Shown one piece after another: positions 34,899-44,331 of a stretch of 64,000 nucleotides of DNA. Positions within the stretch are counted from its first letter, which is position 1, and each line of letters starts with the position of its first letter. The translations under genes were made by a program, and so were the position numbers. The notes under the pieces were generated by a model, which saw nothing but the letters and a program-made list of their open reading frames with translations, had not been told where the DNA came from and made no database searches. The stretch is from an uncultured Planctomycetota bacterium (GTDB lineage: Bacteria; Planctomycetota; Planctomycetia; Isosphaerales; Isosphaeraceae). The stretch covers positions 5,280,001 through 5,344,000 of the forward strand of contig CAVTTN010000002.1 in NCBI GenBank assembly GCA_963737655.1, given 5' to 3'.

Positions 34899-35381
34899 TC
34901 AGCCCCGATCCTCCCAGAGACCCAGGGCCCGCCTCACCGCCACGAGCTGGCCGAGGTGATAGGCGTTGTGGTCGGCGAGCACGAGGGCCTCGCGGAAGAC
35001 CGTCTTCGCCGGGTCATGGGGCAGCGGGGCGAGCAGGTCGGTCTTCGGATCGGCCACGAGGTCGAGCATCGCCCGGAGGTCGTCCCGGAACCCCCTGAGG
35101 GTCCGATCCCAGGCGGAGGGCTCGGCCGGCGCGTGGCCGACGGGCCAGTAGCCGTCGGGGAACTCGGGCGACCGGTGCTGCGCATCGATCGTGAATCGGA
35201 GGATGTCCCACTGGGCGATCCGCATGTGTTCGACCAGTTGCCACGGGGAATGCGGCATGGCCCCGGGCTTCGTCCCGAGGTCGTCGAAGGCCAGGCCCTC
35301 GACGGCCGAGTCGAAATCGAGGTGCGCCGAGCCGCCCTGGAGCAGCTCGCGGAGGCCGTCGCGAAGCGTCGCATCGCCCAT
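34899..35381 (-). CDS. DinB family protein
   Basis: 160 aa; WQLVEHMRIAQWDIL and DHNAYHLGQ His motifs. Confidence 0.85.
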   Translation of the reverse strand: MGDATLRDGLRELLQGGSAHLDFDSAVEGLAFDDLGTKPGAMPHSPWQLVEHMRIAQWDILRFTIDAQHRSPEFPDGYWPVGHAPAEPSAWDRTLRGFRDDLRAMLDLVADPKTDLLAPLPHDPAKTVFREALVLADHNAYHLGQLVAVRRALGLWEDRG

Positions 35382-35525
35382 GATGTCCCCTCAATCGATC
35401 CAAGGCGTTTCGAGCGAACCCAAACCCGGCCCGGGCCCTCCGAAGAGAGGCCGCGTCCCCGGCCGGGGACCGGCGCGGCCCATCTCCTGGGCCTCGCCGG
35501 GACGTTGCCGATTCGTCGAGATCGA

Positions 35526-36593
35526 TCAGCGCGCGTCCGCGGCCATCGCCGCGCGGATGTCGCTCACCAGGGCATCGACGTCGGAATCCGCCGTGTCCCA
35601 CGAGCACATGAACCGGACGCCCCCGGCGCCGATGAACGTGTAGAACCGCCAGCCCCGGGCCTTCAGCCGTTCGCGGGGGCCGTCGGGCAGCCGGGCGAAC
35701 ACGGCGTTCGCCTCGCACGGCCAGAGGACCTCCACGCCCGGGATCTCCCGGAGCTTCGATTCCAGGCGGCTGGCCTCGCGATTGGCCCTCTCGGCGTTCT
35801 TCAGCCACGCGCCCGACTCGATCATCCCGACCCACGGCGCCGCCAGGAACCGCATCTTCGAGGCGAGCTGGCCCGCCTGCTTGCACCGATAGGCGAATTC
35901 CTGCGCCAGGTCGCGATTGAAGAACAAAACCGCCTCGCCCACGGCCATCCCGTTCTTGGTCCCGCCGAAGCAGAGGACGTCCACGCCGATCTTCCAGGTG
36001 ATCTCCTTCGGCGCCACGCCCAGCGCCGCCACGGCGTTGGAGAACCTCGCGCCGTCCATGTGGACCTTCAGCCCGTGCTTGCGGGCCTCGTCGCCCAGGG
36101 CCTTCAGCATGTCGATCGTGTACAGGGTGCCGACCTCGGTCGATTGCGTGATCGTGAGGACCCGGGGCTTGGGATAATGGATGTCGGTCCGGCGGGTGAC
36201 GGCCTCGGCCACCGCCTCGGGCCCGACGCGGCCGGCCTCGCCCTTCGCCAGCAGGACCTTGGTCCCGTTGGAGAAGAACTCCGGGGCCCCGCATTCGTCC
36301 GTCTCGACGTGGGCCAGCTCGTGGCAGACGATGCTGTGGTACGACTGGCACATCGAGGCCAGCGCCAGGGCGTTCGCCGCCGTGCCGTTGAAGACGAAGA
36401 AGACCTCGCAATCGGTCTCGAACAGGTCGCGGAGGAGGTCCGACGCCCGGCTCGTCCAGAAGTCGTCGCCGTAGGCCGGCGTGTGGCTCCGGTTGGCCTC
36501 GGCCATCGATTGCCAGGCCTCGGGGCAGATCCCGGCGTAGTTGTCGCTGGCGAACTGGCGGCGGTCGTCCACGGTCGGAGTCTCTCGGCTCAT
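35526..36593 (-). CDS. ltaE: low-specificity L-threonine aldolase
   Basis: FASDNYAG, FNGTAAN, HMDGARF and GGTKNG (PLP lysine). Confidence 0.88.
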   Translation of the reverse strand: MSRETPTVDDRRQFASDNYAGICPEAWQSMAEANRSHTPAYGDDFWTSRASDLLRDLFETDCEVFFVFNGTAANALALASMCQSYHSIVCHELAHVETDECGAPEFFSNGTKVLLAKGEAGRVGPEAVAEAVTRRTDIHYPKPRVLTITQSTEVGTLYTIDMLKALGDEARKHGLKVHMDGARFSNAVAALGVAPKEITWKIGVDVLCFGGTKNGMAVGEAVLFFNRDLAQEFAYRCKQAGQLASKMRFLAAPWVGMIESGAWLKNAERANREASRLESKLREIPGVEVLWPCEANAVFARLPDGPRERLKARGWRFYTFIGAGGVRFMCSWDTADSDVDALVSDIRAAMAADAR

Positions 36594-36660
36594 CAAAAAA
36601 CCCTCGCGAATCGGCCGACACCGGCCCTCGGGGCGTCGCCCCCATCTTACCGACCGAGAG

Positions 36661-38928
36661 TCAAGGCGAAGAGGCCGAATTCCGCCTCGGCGGCTCGACC
36701 CCGAGCAAGTGCCTCACGAAGAAGTCGCGCTGGCGACGACGCCCGTACGGGCTCCCGCCCGCGCCGTGGTCGGCCCCGGGGAAGACGATCAGCTCGAAAT
36801 CCTTCCCCGCCTTGATCAGGGCGTTGGCCACCTGCATCGTCGAGGCCGGGTCCACGTTATGGTCCAGCTCGCCGACCATCAGCAGCAAATCCCCCCGCAA
36901 CTTGTGGGCGTTGGTGACGTTCGACTGCTCCGCGTAATGGGGCCCCACCGGCCAGCCCATCCACTGTTCATTCCACCAGATCTTGTCCATCCGGTTATCG
37001 TGGCAGCCGCAATCGGCCGAGGCCGCCTTGTAGAACTCGGGGTGGAACAGCAGCGCCCCCAGGGCATTCTGGCCGCCGGCCGAGCCTCCATAGATCCCGA
37101 CTCGCGAGAGGTCCATCGCGGGCTCCTTCTCGGCCGCCGCCTTCATCCAGAGGATGCGGTCGGGGAACCCGGCGTCCCCCAGGTTCTTCCAGCAGACGTC
37201 GTGGAACGCCCGCGACCGCCAGTTCGTCCCCATCCCGTCGATCTCGACGAGGATGAACCCGAGCTCGGCCAGCGCCTCGGGGCCGTGGATCGCGGCGAAC
37301 GACTTCGGGACGTGCGCCCCGTGGGGCCCCGCGTAGATCTGCTCGATCACCGGGTACTTCCTCGCCGGGTCGAAGTTCGTCGGCCGGTAGATCAGCCCAT
37401 AGATGTCCGTCTTCCCGTCCCGGCCCTTCGCCACGAACCGCTCCGGAGGCTTCCAACCGGCCTCGCGGAGCCGGGAGACGTCGGCCGTTTCCAGGTCGAG
37501 GATCTTGTGACCGTTCCAGGCCGACCGGAGGACGGTGAACGGCGGCTGATCGACTTGAGAATAGGTGTCGATGAAATACTTCCACTTCGGCGAGAAGCGG
37601 ACGTCGTGGGTGCCGTTCCCCTCCGTCAGCCAGGTGAAGTTCGAGCCGTCGAAGTCGATCCGGGCGTAATGGACGTGGTACGGATCTTCGCCCGGGTCCA
37701 TCCCGCTCATCCGAAACCAGATTTGCCGGGCCTCCTCGTCGACGAGATCGACACCTCGGACGACCCATTCCCCCTTGGTGATCGGGTTCTTGACCGCCCC
37801 GGTCGTCGCGTCGATCAGGTAGAGGTGGTTCCAGCCGCTCCGTTCCGACATCCAGAGGATCTCGTTCGTCCTGTCGAGCCTCTGGTAGTGCATCTTGCTC
37901 GAATAGTCGATGAACGTCTCGGTCGTCTCGTCGATCAGGGCCTTCGCCTCGCCGGTCGCGGCGTCGATCGCCACGACCCGCAGGGCCTGGTGGCCCCTCT
38001 GGTTGAACAGGAACGTGAACTGCTTCGAGTCGGGCGACCAGCGGTAATCGCCGACGCTCCACGGGTTCGCGAACAGGTCGTCCTTGACCGGGATCTCCTT
38101 CTTCGAGGCCACGTCGAAGAGGTGGGGCCTGGTGATCGGGAGCTTGTCGCCGGGCTTGAGGTAGTTGTGCGAGCTCAGCTTCGGCTGCACCTGGAACCGG
38201 GGCGACGACTCGATGAACGAGACCTTGTGCTCCTGCCCCTTCGCCGTCTTCAGCGCGACGAGATGGGCCGAGTCCGGGGCCCAGAAGACGCCCGGCTCGT
38301 AGCCGTCTTCCGCCGTCCCGCCCTCGGTCAAACGAGTCTCGATATCCTTCTCCTTGTCGCGCAAGAAGACGTCGTGATCGCGGACGACGGCGGTCCACTT
38401 GCCGTCGGGCGAGTCCGACCTCCTCGGGGAGTCGGCCCTCCCGCGATTGACGCGCCTCGGCCGGTCGGGGTTCGCGGGCTCGGCCTCGGGCCGGTCGAAT
38501 TCGCCGAGGGTCCCCGCCTTGGGGTCGAACCGCCAGCCCTGGCCGAGCGCCTCGAACCGGATCGCGCCGTCGTCTTCCAGGGCGATGCGGTCGATCGGCA
38601 GGCGTCCGGGGTCGAACGCCTGGCCGGTGAACTTCGCGAGGGCCTCGGCGAGCCGGGCGTGGTCGAACGCGGGTCCGCGCTCCTTCTTCTCGATGTCGAC
38701 GGCGACGAATTCGCGGCGGCCCTCGGGCAGGTCGTTGCGATACCAAAATTTCATGTCCTCATGGGACCAATGAGGCTGGACGCGGGCCTTGAAGACCTTG
38801 CCCTGGAGCTTGCCGGGCAGGGCTTCGGCTCGTTCGTAATCGGCGCGAGTGCCCTGGGCGGGGGCGGTCGTCGCCGTCAGGAGGAGCCAGGCCGCCGCGA
38901 TCGCCGCGGCCGTCTTGGGGGTCGTCAT
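36661..38928 (-). CDS. exported S9 family dipeptidyl peptidase IV-like protease
   Basis: Signal peptide; SERSGWNHLY propeller motif; IYAGP; GGSAGG nucleophile elbow; DHNV and DHG catalytic Asp/His. Confidence 0.9.
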   Translation of the reverse strand: MTTPKTAAAIAAAWLLLTATTAPAQGTRADYERAEALPGKLQGKVFKARVQPHWSHEDMKFWYRNDLPEGRREFVAVDIEKKERGPAFDHARLAEALAKFTGQAFDPGRLPIDRIALEDDGAIRFEALGQGWRFDPKAGTLGEFDRPEAEPANPDRPRRVNRGRADSPRRSDSPDGKWTAVVRDHDVFLRDKEKDIETRLTEGGTAEDGYEPGVFWAPDSAHLVALKTAKGQEHKVSFIESSPRFQVQPKLSSHNYLKPGDKLPITRPHLFDVASKKEIPVKDDLFANPWSVGDYRWSPDSKQFTFLFNQRGHQALRVVAIDAATGEAKALIDETTETFIDYSSKMHYQRLDRTNEILWMSERSGWNHLYLIDATTGAVKNPITKGEWVVRGVDLVDEEARQIWFRMSGMDPGEDPYHVHYARIDFDGSNFTWLTEGNGTHDVRFSPKWKYFIDTYSQVDQPPFTVLRSAWNGHKILDLETADVSRLREAGWKPPERFVAKGRDGKTDIYGLIYRPTNFDPARKYPVIEQIYAGPHGAHVPKSFAAIHGPEALAELGFILVEIDGMGTNWRSRAFHDVCWKNLGDAGFPDRILWMKAAAEKEPAMDLSRVGIYGGSAGGQNALGALLFHPEFYKAASADCGCHDNRMDKIWWNEQWMGWPVGPHYAEQSNVTNAHKLRGDLLLMVGELDHNVDPASTMQVANALIKAGKDFELIVFPGADHGAGGSPYGRRRQRDFFVRHLLGVEPPRRNSASSP

Positions 38929-39812
38929 CGCGGGGCCTTCTCGGGTCGAGGGGTGCGGCCCAGGCGGGCCAAAAGGTCCTGAACGACCGGGCTCTGGGCC
39001 CGGATGTGCCTCGACAGCTCGCGGCGGGTCGCCGGGCGGTCGCGGACGATCAACGCCTCGAGGATCGCCCGATGCTGCCGGGCCATCTCGGCCGCCTCGC
39101 TCGTCTCGGGGGCGGCGAAGTCGAACAGCGTGGTGTAATAGGCGCCGTGGCGATCGAAGAAGTCCCGCAAATACGGGTTCCTGGACGTCTCGATCAGGTA
39201 CAGATGAATCTCATTGTTGAGCCGAGGCCCCCGAGGGTCATTGCCGGCGAGCATCCGGCGGAGCTCGGCGTCTTCCAGGCGGGGCCAGGCCAGGTCCAGC
39301 GCCTTCAATTCGACGGCCTCGCGCGCCTCGAGGTACGCGTCCAGGTCGCGCCCATCGAACGCCCGGACCCGCCACCCGCAGCGGGGGACGTGCACGAGCA
39401 GGCCCCGGCCGCTCAGGCGGGAGAACACCTGGCGGATCGCGGTCCGACCCACGCCGAACCGCGCGGCGGTGGCCTCCTCGCGGACATAATCGGCCTCGCC
39501 CCGGAGGCTCTTGCCGATCATCTCGACGGCCAGCTCCGACTCGATCCGGGCCGAACTCCGGGGCGGCGCCACCGGCTCCGAAACCGCCCTCTTCCGCCGA
39601 GCCGGGTTGACCTCGACCCGTCCGCCCACGCCTTTTCGCAGGATTCCTTCGGAGACCAGGTCGCGAATCGCCTCGCGAACCGGCGTGAAGCTCACCCCAT
39701 AATGGCCCGAAAGCGCCGCCAGAGTCAAATCGACCGGCAGAGCCGCCCCCGAGCCGATCCGGCCCCTCAAATCGCCCTTGATGTATTCGCGGATCGTGGG
39801 TGGCATCGTCAT
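38925..39812 (-). CDS. GntR/FCD family regulator with two tandem wHTH domains
   Basis: LSGHYGVSFTPVREAIRDLVSEG and AARFGVGRTAIRQVFSRLSGRG, then an FCD-type C-terminus (QHRAILEAL). Its stop overlaps the start of the S9 gene. Confidence 0.85.
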   Translation of the reverse strand: MTMPPTIREYIKGDLRGRIGSGAALPVDLTLAALSGHYGVSFTPVREAIRDLVSEGILRKGVGGRVEVNPARRKRAVSEPVAPPRSSARIESELAVEMIGKSLRGEADYVREEATAARFGVGRTAIRQVFSRLSGRGLLVHVPRCGWRVRAFDGRDLDAYLEAREAVELKALDLAWPRLEDAELRRMLAGNDPRGPRLNNEIHLYLIETSRNPYLRDFFDRHGAYYTTLFDFAAPETSEAAEMARQHRAILEALIVRDRPATRRELSRHIRAQSPVVQDLLARLGRTPRPEKAPR

Positions 39813-39814
39813 GG

Positions 39815-39962
39815 CAGTGGACCGAACAGTGGACCGAACAGTGGGCAGTGGGCAGTGGGCAGTGGGCAGTGGGCAGTGGGCAGTGAAGCGGGATTGGAGT
39901 AGGCGGGCCGTCCGTCTCTTCTTCTCTGCCCACTGCCCACTGCCCACTGCCCACTGCCCACT
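39815..39962. repeat. inverted heptamer arrays (CAGTGGG)6 / (CTGCCCA)5
   Basis: Counted directly at 39839-39885 and 39926-39962, preceded by two CAGTGGACCGAA units. Confidence 0.92.
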
Positions 39963-39968
39963 ACTGTC

Positions 39969-40012
39969 TTGACATTGCGTGCAGGATCAACCCATCATGA
40001 ATGACATTGCGT
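39969..40012 (+). promoter_or_regulatory. candidate promoter and direct-repeat operator of the hydroxyproline operon
   Basis: TTGACA (39969-39974) - 18 nt - CATCAT; TGACATTGCGT repeated exactly at 39970-39980 and 40002-40012. Confidence 0.6.
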
Positions 40013-40039
40013 CCGAAGTCAACCCGAGAGGTCCTGACG

Positions 40040-40951
40040 ATGACCGTCTCCTGGAAAGGCGTCTTCCCTGCGGCGACCACGGAGTTCTTCTCCGACGGCG
40101 CCCTGGACCTGCCCGCCACCCTCACGCACCTGGAACGGATGGTCGAGGCGGGCGTCCATGGCCTGATCATGCTCGGCACCGTCGGCGAGAACTGCTCGCT
40201 CGAATATCACGAGAAGGTGGACGTGCTGAAGGCCGCGGTGGGCGCGATCGGCGGACGGGTCCCGGTGCTCTCGGGGGTGGCCGAGTGCTCGACCCGCCTG
40301 GCCTGCCGATTCGCCGAGGACGCGAAGCGGGTCGGCGCCGACGGGCTGATGGTCCTCCCCGCGATGGTGTACAAGTCGGACCCCCGCGAGACCCTCACCC
40401 ACTTCCGCGCCGTGGGCCGGGCGACCGACCTGCCCATCATGGTCTACAACAACCCCGTGTCGTACTCGGTGGACGTCACCCCCGAGATGTTCCTGGAGCT
40501 GGCCGACGAGCCGAAGTTCGTCGCGATCAAGGAATCGTCGGAAAACGTCCGGCGGATCACCGACCTGGTGAACCTCTGCGGCGACCGCTTCCTGCTGTTC
40601 TGCGGGGTCGATGACCTGGTGCTCGAGAGCGTGATGCTCGGCGCCGACGGCTGGGTCTCGGGCCTCGTGAACGCATTCCCGGCCGAGAATCGCCTGCTCT
40701 GGGACCTCGCCATGGCCGGCCGATGGGACGAGGCCCGCGAGGTCTATCGCTGGTACACGCCCTTGCTTCATCTGGACACGCATGTGAAGCTCGTTCAATA
40801 CATCAAGCTCGCCAACCAGGAATGCGGGATGGGGTCCGAGGGCGTCCGGGCGCCGAGGCTGCCCCTGATCGGGGCCGAGCGAGAACGAGTCCTCGCGACC
40901 ATCCGCCGGGGGATCGCCACGAGGCCGGCGTCGCCCGTCCTTTCCGCCTGA
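40040..40951 (+). CDS. DHDPS-family protein, probable 1-pyrroline-4-hydroxy-2-carboxylate deaminase
   Basis: LGTVGE, YNNP and IKESS (Schiff-base Lys); position directly before the Hyp epimerase. Confidence 0.8.
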   Translation: MTVSWKGVFPAATTEFFSDGALDLPATLTHLERMVEAGVHGLIMLGTVGENCSLEYHEKVDVLKAAVGAIGGRVPVLSGVAECSTRLACRFAEDAKRVGADGLMVLPAMVYKSDPRETLTHFRAVGRATDLPIMVYNNPVSYSVDVTPEMFLELADEPKFVAIKESSENVRRITDLVNLCGDRFLLFCGVDDLVLESVMLGADGWVSGLVNAFPAENRLLWDLAMAGRWDEAREVYRWYTPLLHLDTHVKLVQYIKLANQECGMGSEGVRAPRLPLIGAERERVLATIRRGIATRPASPVLSA

Positions 40952-40983
40952 GTCGAGACGTGCCGTCGCAGGGGGCTGGGGCC

Positions 40984-41937
40984 ATGATGGGGCGAGTTCA
41001 TCCACGGATCTCGGTCATCGACACGCACACCGGCGGCGAGCCGACGCGCGTCGTCATCGCCGGGGGGCCGGACCTCGGCCCCGGGAGCATGGCCGAGCGC
41101 CGGAGGGCCTTCCGCGAGCGGTTCGACCACGTCCGATCGGCCGTGGTGAACGAGCCGAGGGGTTCCGACGTGATGGTCGGCGCCCTGCTGTGCGAGCCGA
41201 CCGACCCCTCGTGCGCCTCGGGCGTGATCTTCTTCAACAACGTCGGCTACCTCGGCATGTGCGGCCACGGGACGATCGGCGTGGCCGCCGCGCTCGCCCA
41301 CCTCGGCCGGATCGCGCCCGGGGTCCACCGCGTCGAGACGCCCGTCGGAACCATCTCCGTGACTCTTGAGGATGCGAACACGGCGACGATCGAAAATGTG
41401 GCCAGCTATCGCTCTCAAAAGGATGTCGAGGTCCATGTGCCGGATGTCGGCCGGGTGGTCGGCGACGTGGCCTGGGGCGGCAACTGGTTCTTCCTCGTGA
41501 AAGACCATCGCCACGATTTGACGCTCGCGAACGTCGAGGCGTTGACCTCGCTGACCTGGAAGGTCCGCCAGGCCCTCGAAGCCCACGGCATCCGGGGCGA
41601 CGACGGCGGCGAGATCGACCACGTCGAGCTCTACGGCCCGCCGACCGTGCCCGGGGCCGACTCGCGGAACTTCGTCCTCTGCCCGGGAAAGGCGTATGAC
41701 CGCTCCCCCTGCGGGACCGGCACGAGCGCGAAGGTGGCGTGCCTCGCCGCCGACGGCAAGCTCGCCGAGGGCGAGGTCTGGCGGCAGGAGAGCGTCGTCG
41801 GCAGCGTCTTCGAGGCGTCCTTCCGGGTCGTCGACGGCCAGATTTATCCAAGAATTCGCGGATCGGCGTATGTGAACGCCGAATCCACCCTGATCCTCGA
41901 CCCGGCCGACCCGTTCGCGATGGGGATTCGCTCATGA
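40984..41937 (+). CDS. 4-hydroxyproline 2-epimerase (proline racemase family)
   Basis: [19 protein letters not shown] and [11 protein letters not shown] with both catalytic Cys; FFNNVG and FVLCPG match the HypE-type subfamily. Confidence 0.88.
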   Translation: MMGRVHPRISVIDTHTGGEPTRVVIAGGPDLGPGSMAERRRAFRERFDHVRSAVVNEPRGSDVMVGALLCEPTDPSCASGVIFFNNVGYLGMCGHGTIGVAAALAHLGRIAPGVHRVETPVGTISVTLEDANTATIENVASYRSQKDVEVHVPDVGRVVGDVAWGGNWFFLVKDHRHDLTLANVEALTSLTWKVRQALEAHGIRGDDGGEIDHVELYGPPTVPGADSRNFVLCPGKAYDRSPCGTGTSAKVACLAADGKLAEGEVWRQESVVGSVFEASFRVVDGQIYPRIRGSAYVNAESTLILDPADPFAMGIRS

Positions 41938-43187
41938 GCGCGGAGGGACGGCGGGCGGTGGTCGTCGGCGGAGGGATCATCGGCCTGGCCTCCGCGCATT
42001 ACCTGGTGCGAGACGGCTGGTCGGTCACGATCGTGGAGAAGGGCCGGATCGGCCGGGGGACGTCGGCCGGGAACTGCGGCCTGGTCTGCCCGAGCCACAT
42101 CCTGCCGCTGGCCGAGCCGGGGGCCGTGGGCAAGACGCTCCGCGCCCTGTTCCGCAAGGATTCGCCGTTCTCGATCAGGCCGAGGATCGACCCGAGCCTC
42201 TGGTCCTGGCTCCTCCGCTTCGCCCTCCGCTGCAACGACCGCGACATGAAGGAGGCCGGGCACGGCATCCAGCCGTTGCTCGAATCGTCCCTGGACCTCT
42301 ACGGCCACCTGATCGAGCGCGAGGGGCTGGAATGCGAGTGGGAGCGTCGGGGCCTCCTGTTCGCCTATCGATCGAAGGAGGCGCTCGACGCCTACGACGC
42401 CACCGATCGGCTCCTCGCCGAGTCGTTCCATTGCCCGGCCCACAAGCTCGATGAAGCGGCCCTCCTCGGCCTCGAACCGGCGCTGAAACCCGGCCTGGCC
42501 GGCGGCTGGTATTATGACGACGATGCGCATTTGCGCCCCGATAAACTCATCGGTTCCTGGCGGAAGAGCCTGGAATCCGCGGGCGTGACGATCCGCGAAG
42601 GCTGCGCGTTCGCCTCGTTCCGTCCCGAGGGCGGGAGGGCCGGGGCGGTCGTCACCGATTCGGGCGAGATCCCGGCCGAGGCGTTCGTCGTGGCCACCGG
42701 GGCGCTCACGCCGATGCTCCACGGGCCTCTCGGGGTCCGCGTGCCGATCCAGCCGGGCAAGGGGTACAGCCTGACCATGCCCCGGCCGGCCATCTGCCCG
42801 CGAATCCCGATGATCTTCCCCGAGACCCGCGTGGCCGTCACGCCCTTTCAGAGCGGCTACCGGCTCGGCTCGACGATGGAGTTCGCCGGCTATGACGACT
42901 CGATCCGCCCCGAACGGCTGCGACTGCTGAAGATCGGCGCCGAGCCGTTCCTCCGCGAGCCGTATTGCGATCCGGTCGAGGACGAGTGGTTCGGCTGGAG
43001 GCCCATGACCTATGATAGCCTCCCGATCATCGACCGCAGCCCGTCGTTGTCGAACGTCCTGATCGTCGCGGGCCACAGCATGCTCGGGCTGTCGATGGCG
43101 CCGGCCTCGGGGAAGCTCGCGGCCGAGATGATCGGCGGGCGGGCGACCCACCTCGACCCGTCCCCCTACCGCCTCTCGCGGTTCTGA
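41934..43187 (+). CDS. FAD-dependent D-amino acid dehydrogenase, probable D-hydroxyproline dehydrogenase
   Basis: [26 protein letters not shown] and GHSMLG; ATGA overlap with the epimerase gene. Confidence 0.8.
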   Translation: MSAEGRRAVVVGGGIIGLASAHYLVRDGWSVTIVEKGRIGRGTSAGNCGLVCPSHILPLAEPGAVGKTLRALFRKDSPFSIRPRIDPSLWSWLLRFALRCNDRDMKEAGHGIQPLLESSLDLYGHLIEREGLECEWERRGLLFAYRSKEALDAYDATDRLLAESFHCPAHKLDEAALLGLEPALKPGLAGGWYYDDDAHLRPDKLIGSWRKSLESAGVTIREGCAFASFRPEGGRAGAVVTDSGEIPAEAFVVATGALTPMLHGPLGVRVPIQPGKGYSLTMPRPAICPRIPMIFPETRVAVTPFQSGYRLGSTMEFAGYDDSIRPERLRLLKIGAEPFLREPYCDPVEDEWFGWRPMTYDSLPIIDRSPSLSNVLIVAGHSMLGLSMAPASGKLAAEMIGGRATHLDPSPYRLSRF

Positions 43188-43302
43188 TCGACCGGGCGCG
43201 TGCCCGGAGCCCGGTTCTCTCCCCGGCCTCGCCTGGATATGATCGGGAGGACGATCCCCCAGCCCCGGAGCCCGGCGGGCCGAACCCGACGGGCCGAGCG
43301 CG

Positions 43303-43647
43303 ATGGCCACCAAGCCCACCCGCGAGCAGCAGAAGGCCGCCGACCTGCTGGCCGAGGCGCTGGCCCTGATCGCCTCGGCGGTCCGCCTGGATGGGCACAG
43401 CCCGGCCCGGCCGGGCTGGAAGGGCGTCGTCGATGCGGTGGCGAGGGCCTCGTCGGCGATCCCGGCCGACGAGGTCGTCATCCGGGCCGTCGGCCGGCGG
43501 GTCCGCGACCTCGGGTTGCCGGCCGACACGGTCGAGCTGCTCACGCTGATGGACGCCGGGATGCCGCCGTCCCAAGTCCTCTTGCTCGACGACGACGCCT
43601 TTCGCGACCTGGCCGCGAGGATGGAAGAGGAACTCGGAGGGCCCTGA
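43303..43647 (+). CDS. hypothetical protein (114 aa)
   Basis: Normal high-GC codon pattern and helical composition; ends 2 nt before the next gene. Confidence 0.7.
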   Translation: MATKPTREQQKAADLLAEALALIASAVRLDGHSPARPGWKGVVDAVARASSAIPADEVVIRAVGRRVRDLGLPADTVELLTLMDAGMPPSQVLLLDDDAFRDLAARMEEELGGP

Positions 43648-43649
43648 CG

Positions 43650-44318
43650 ATGATGATCCGCCTCTCGACGCGAGGCCTCGCCCCGATCGCGGCCCTCGGG
43701 CTGCTGCTCCTCCCCGCGATCGCCCCGGCGGCCGACCCGATCGCGCTGTTCGACGGCAAGAGCCTCGACGGCTGGACCACGACCGGGACGCCCGAAACCG
43801 GCACGATCCGCGTCGAAAACGGCGCGATCCTGATCCCCGTCGGCCGGCCGATGACCGGGATCACCACCACGCGCAAGGACCTGCCGACGACGAACTATGA
43901 ACTCTCGTACGAGGCCCAACGGCTCGACGGGTCGGACTTCTTCGCCGCCGCCACCTTCCCCGTCGGCAAGTCGTTCATCACGTTCGTCAACGGCGGCTGG
44001 GGGGGCAGCGTGACCGGCCTCTCCAGCCTGAACGGCGCCGATGCTTCGGAGAACGACAGCAGCACGTATTTTGTTTACAAGAACAAGACCGTGTACAAGT
44101 TCCGAATCCGGGTCACGGACAAGACCATTCAATGCGCGATCGACGGCAAGGCGGTGGTGAACGTGAATCACGCGGACCGCCAGGTTTCGACGCGGATCGA
44201 GACCCGCGTGAATCAGCCCCTGGGGTTCTCCGCGTACAACTCGACCGGATCGATCCGCAAGGTCGAGGTCCGCAAGCTCTCGGCCGAGGAGATCGCCGCC
44301 ACGGACAAGGAGGGGTAG
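43650..44318 (+). CDS. DUF1080 (3-keto-disaccharide hydrolase-like) exported protein
   Basis: Signal peptide, then LFDGKSLDGW, GSDFF and GGWGG motifs. Confidence 0.85.
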   Translation: MMIRLSTRGLAPIAALGLLLLPAIAPAADPIALFDGKSLDGWTTTGTPETGTIRVENGAILIPVGRPMTGITTTRKDLPTTNYELSYEAQRLDGSDFFAAATFPVGKSFITFVNGGWGGSVTGLSSLNGADASENDSSTYFVYKNKTVYKFRIRVTDKTIQCAIDGKAVVNVNHADRQVSTRIETRVNQPLGFSAYNSTGSIRKVEVRKLSAEEIAATDKEG

Positions 44319-44331
44319 GGGCGAGGTTCGC

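Noticed and set aside
39815..39962. Heptamer arrays as a CRISPR array or as the GntR N-terminus (MGSGQWA...)
   Set aside because: There are no unique spacers between 7-nt units and no cas genes. The peptide is just translated repeat.
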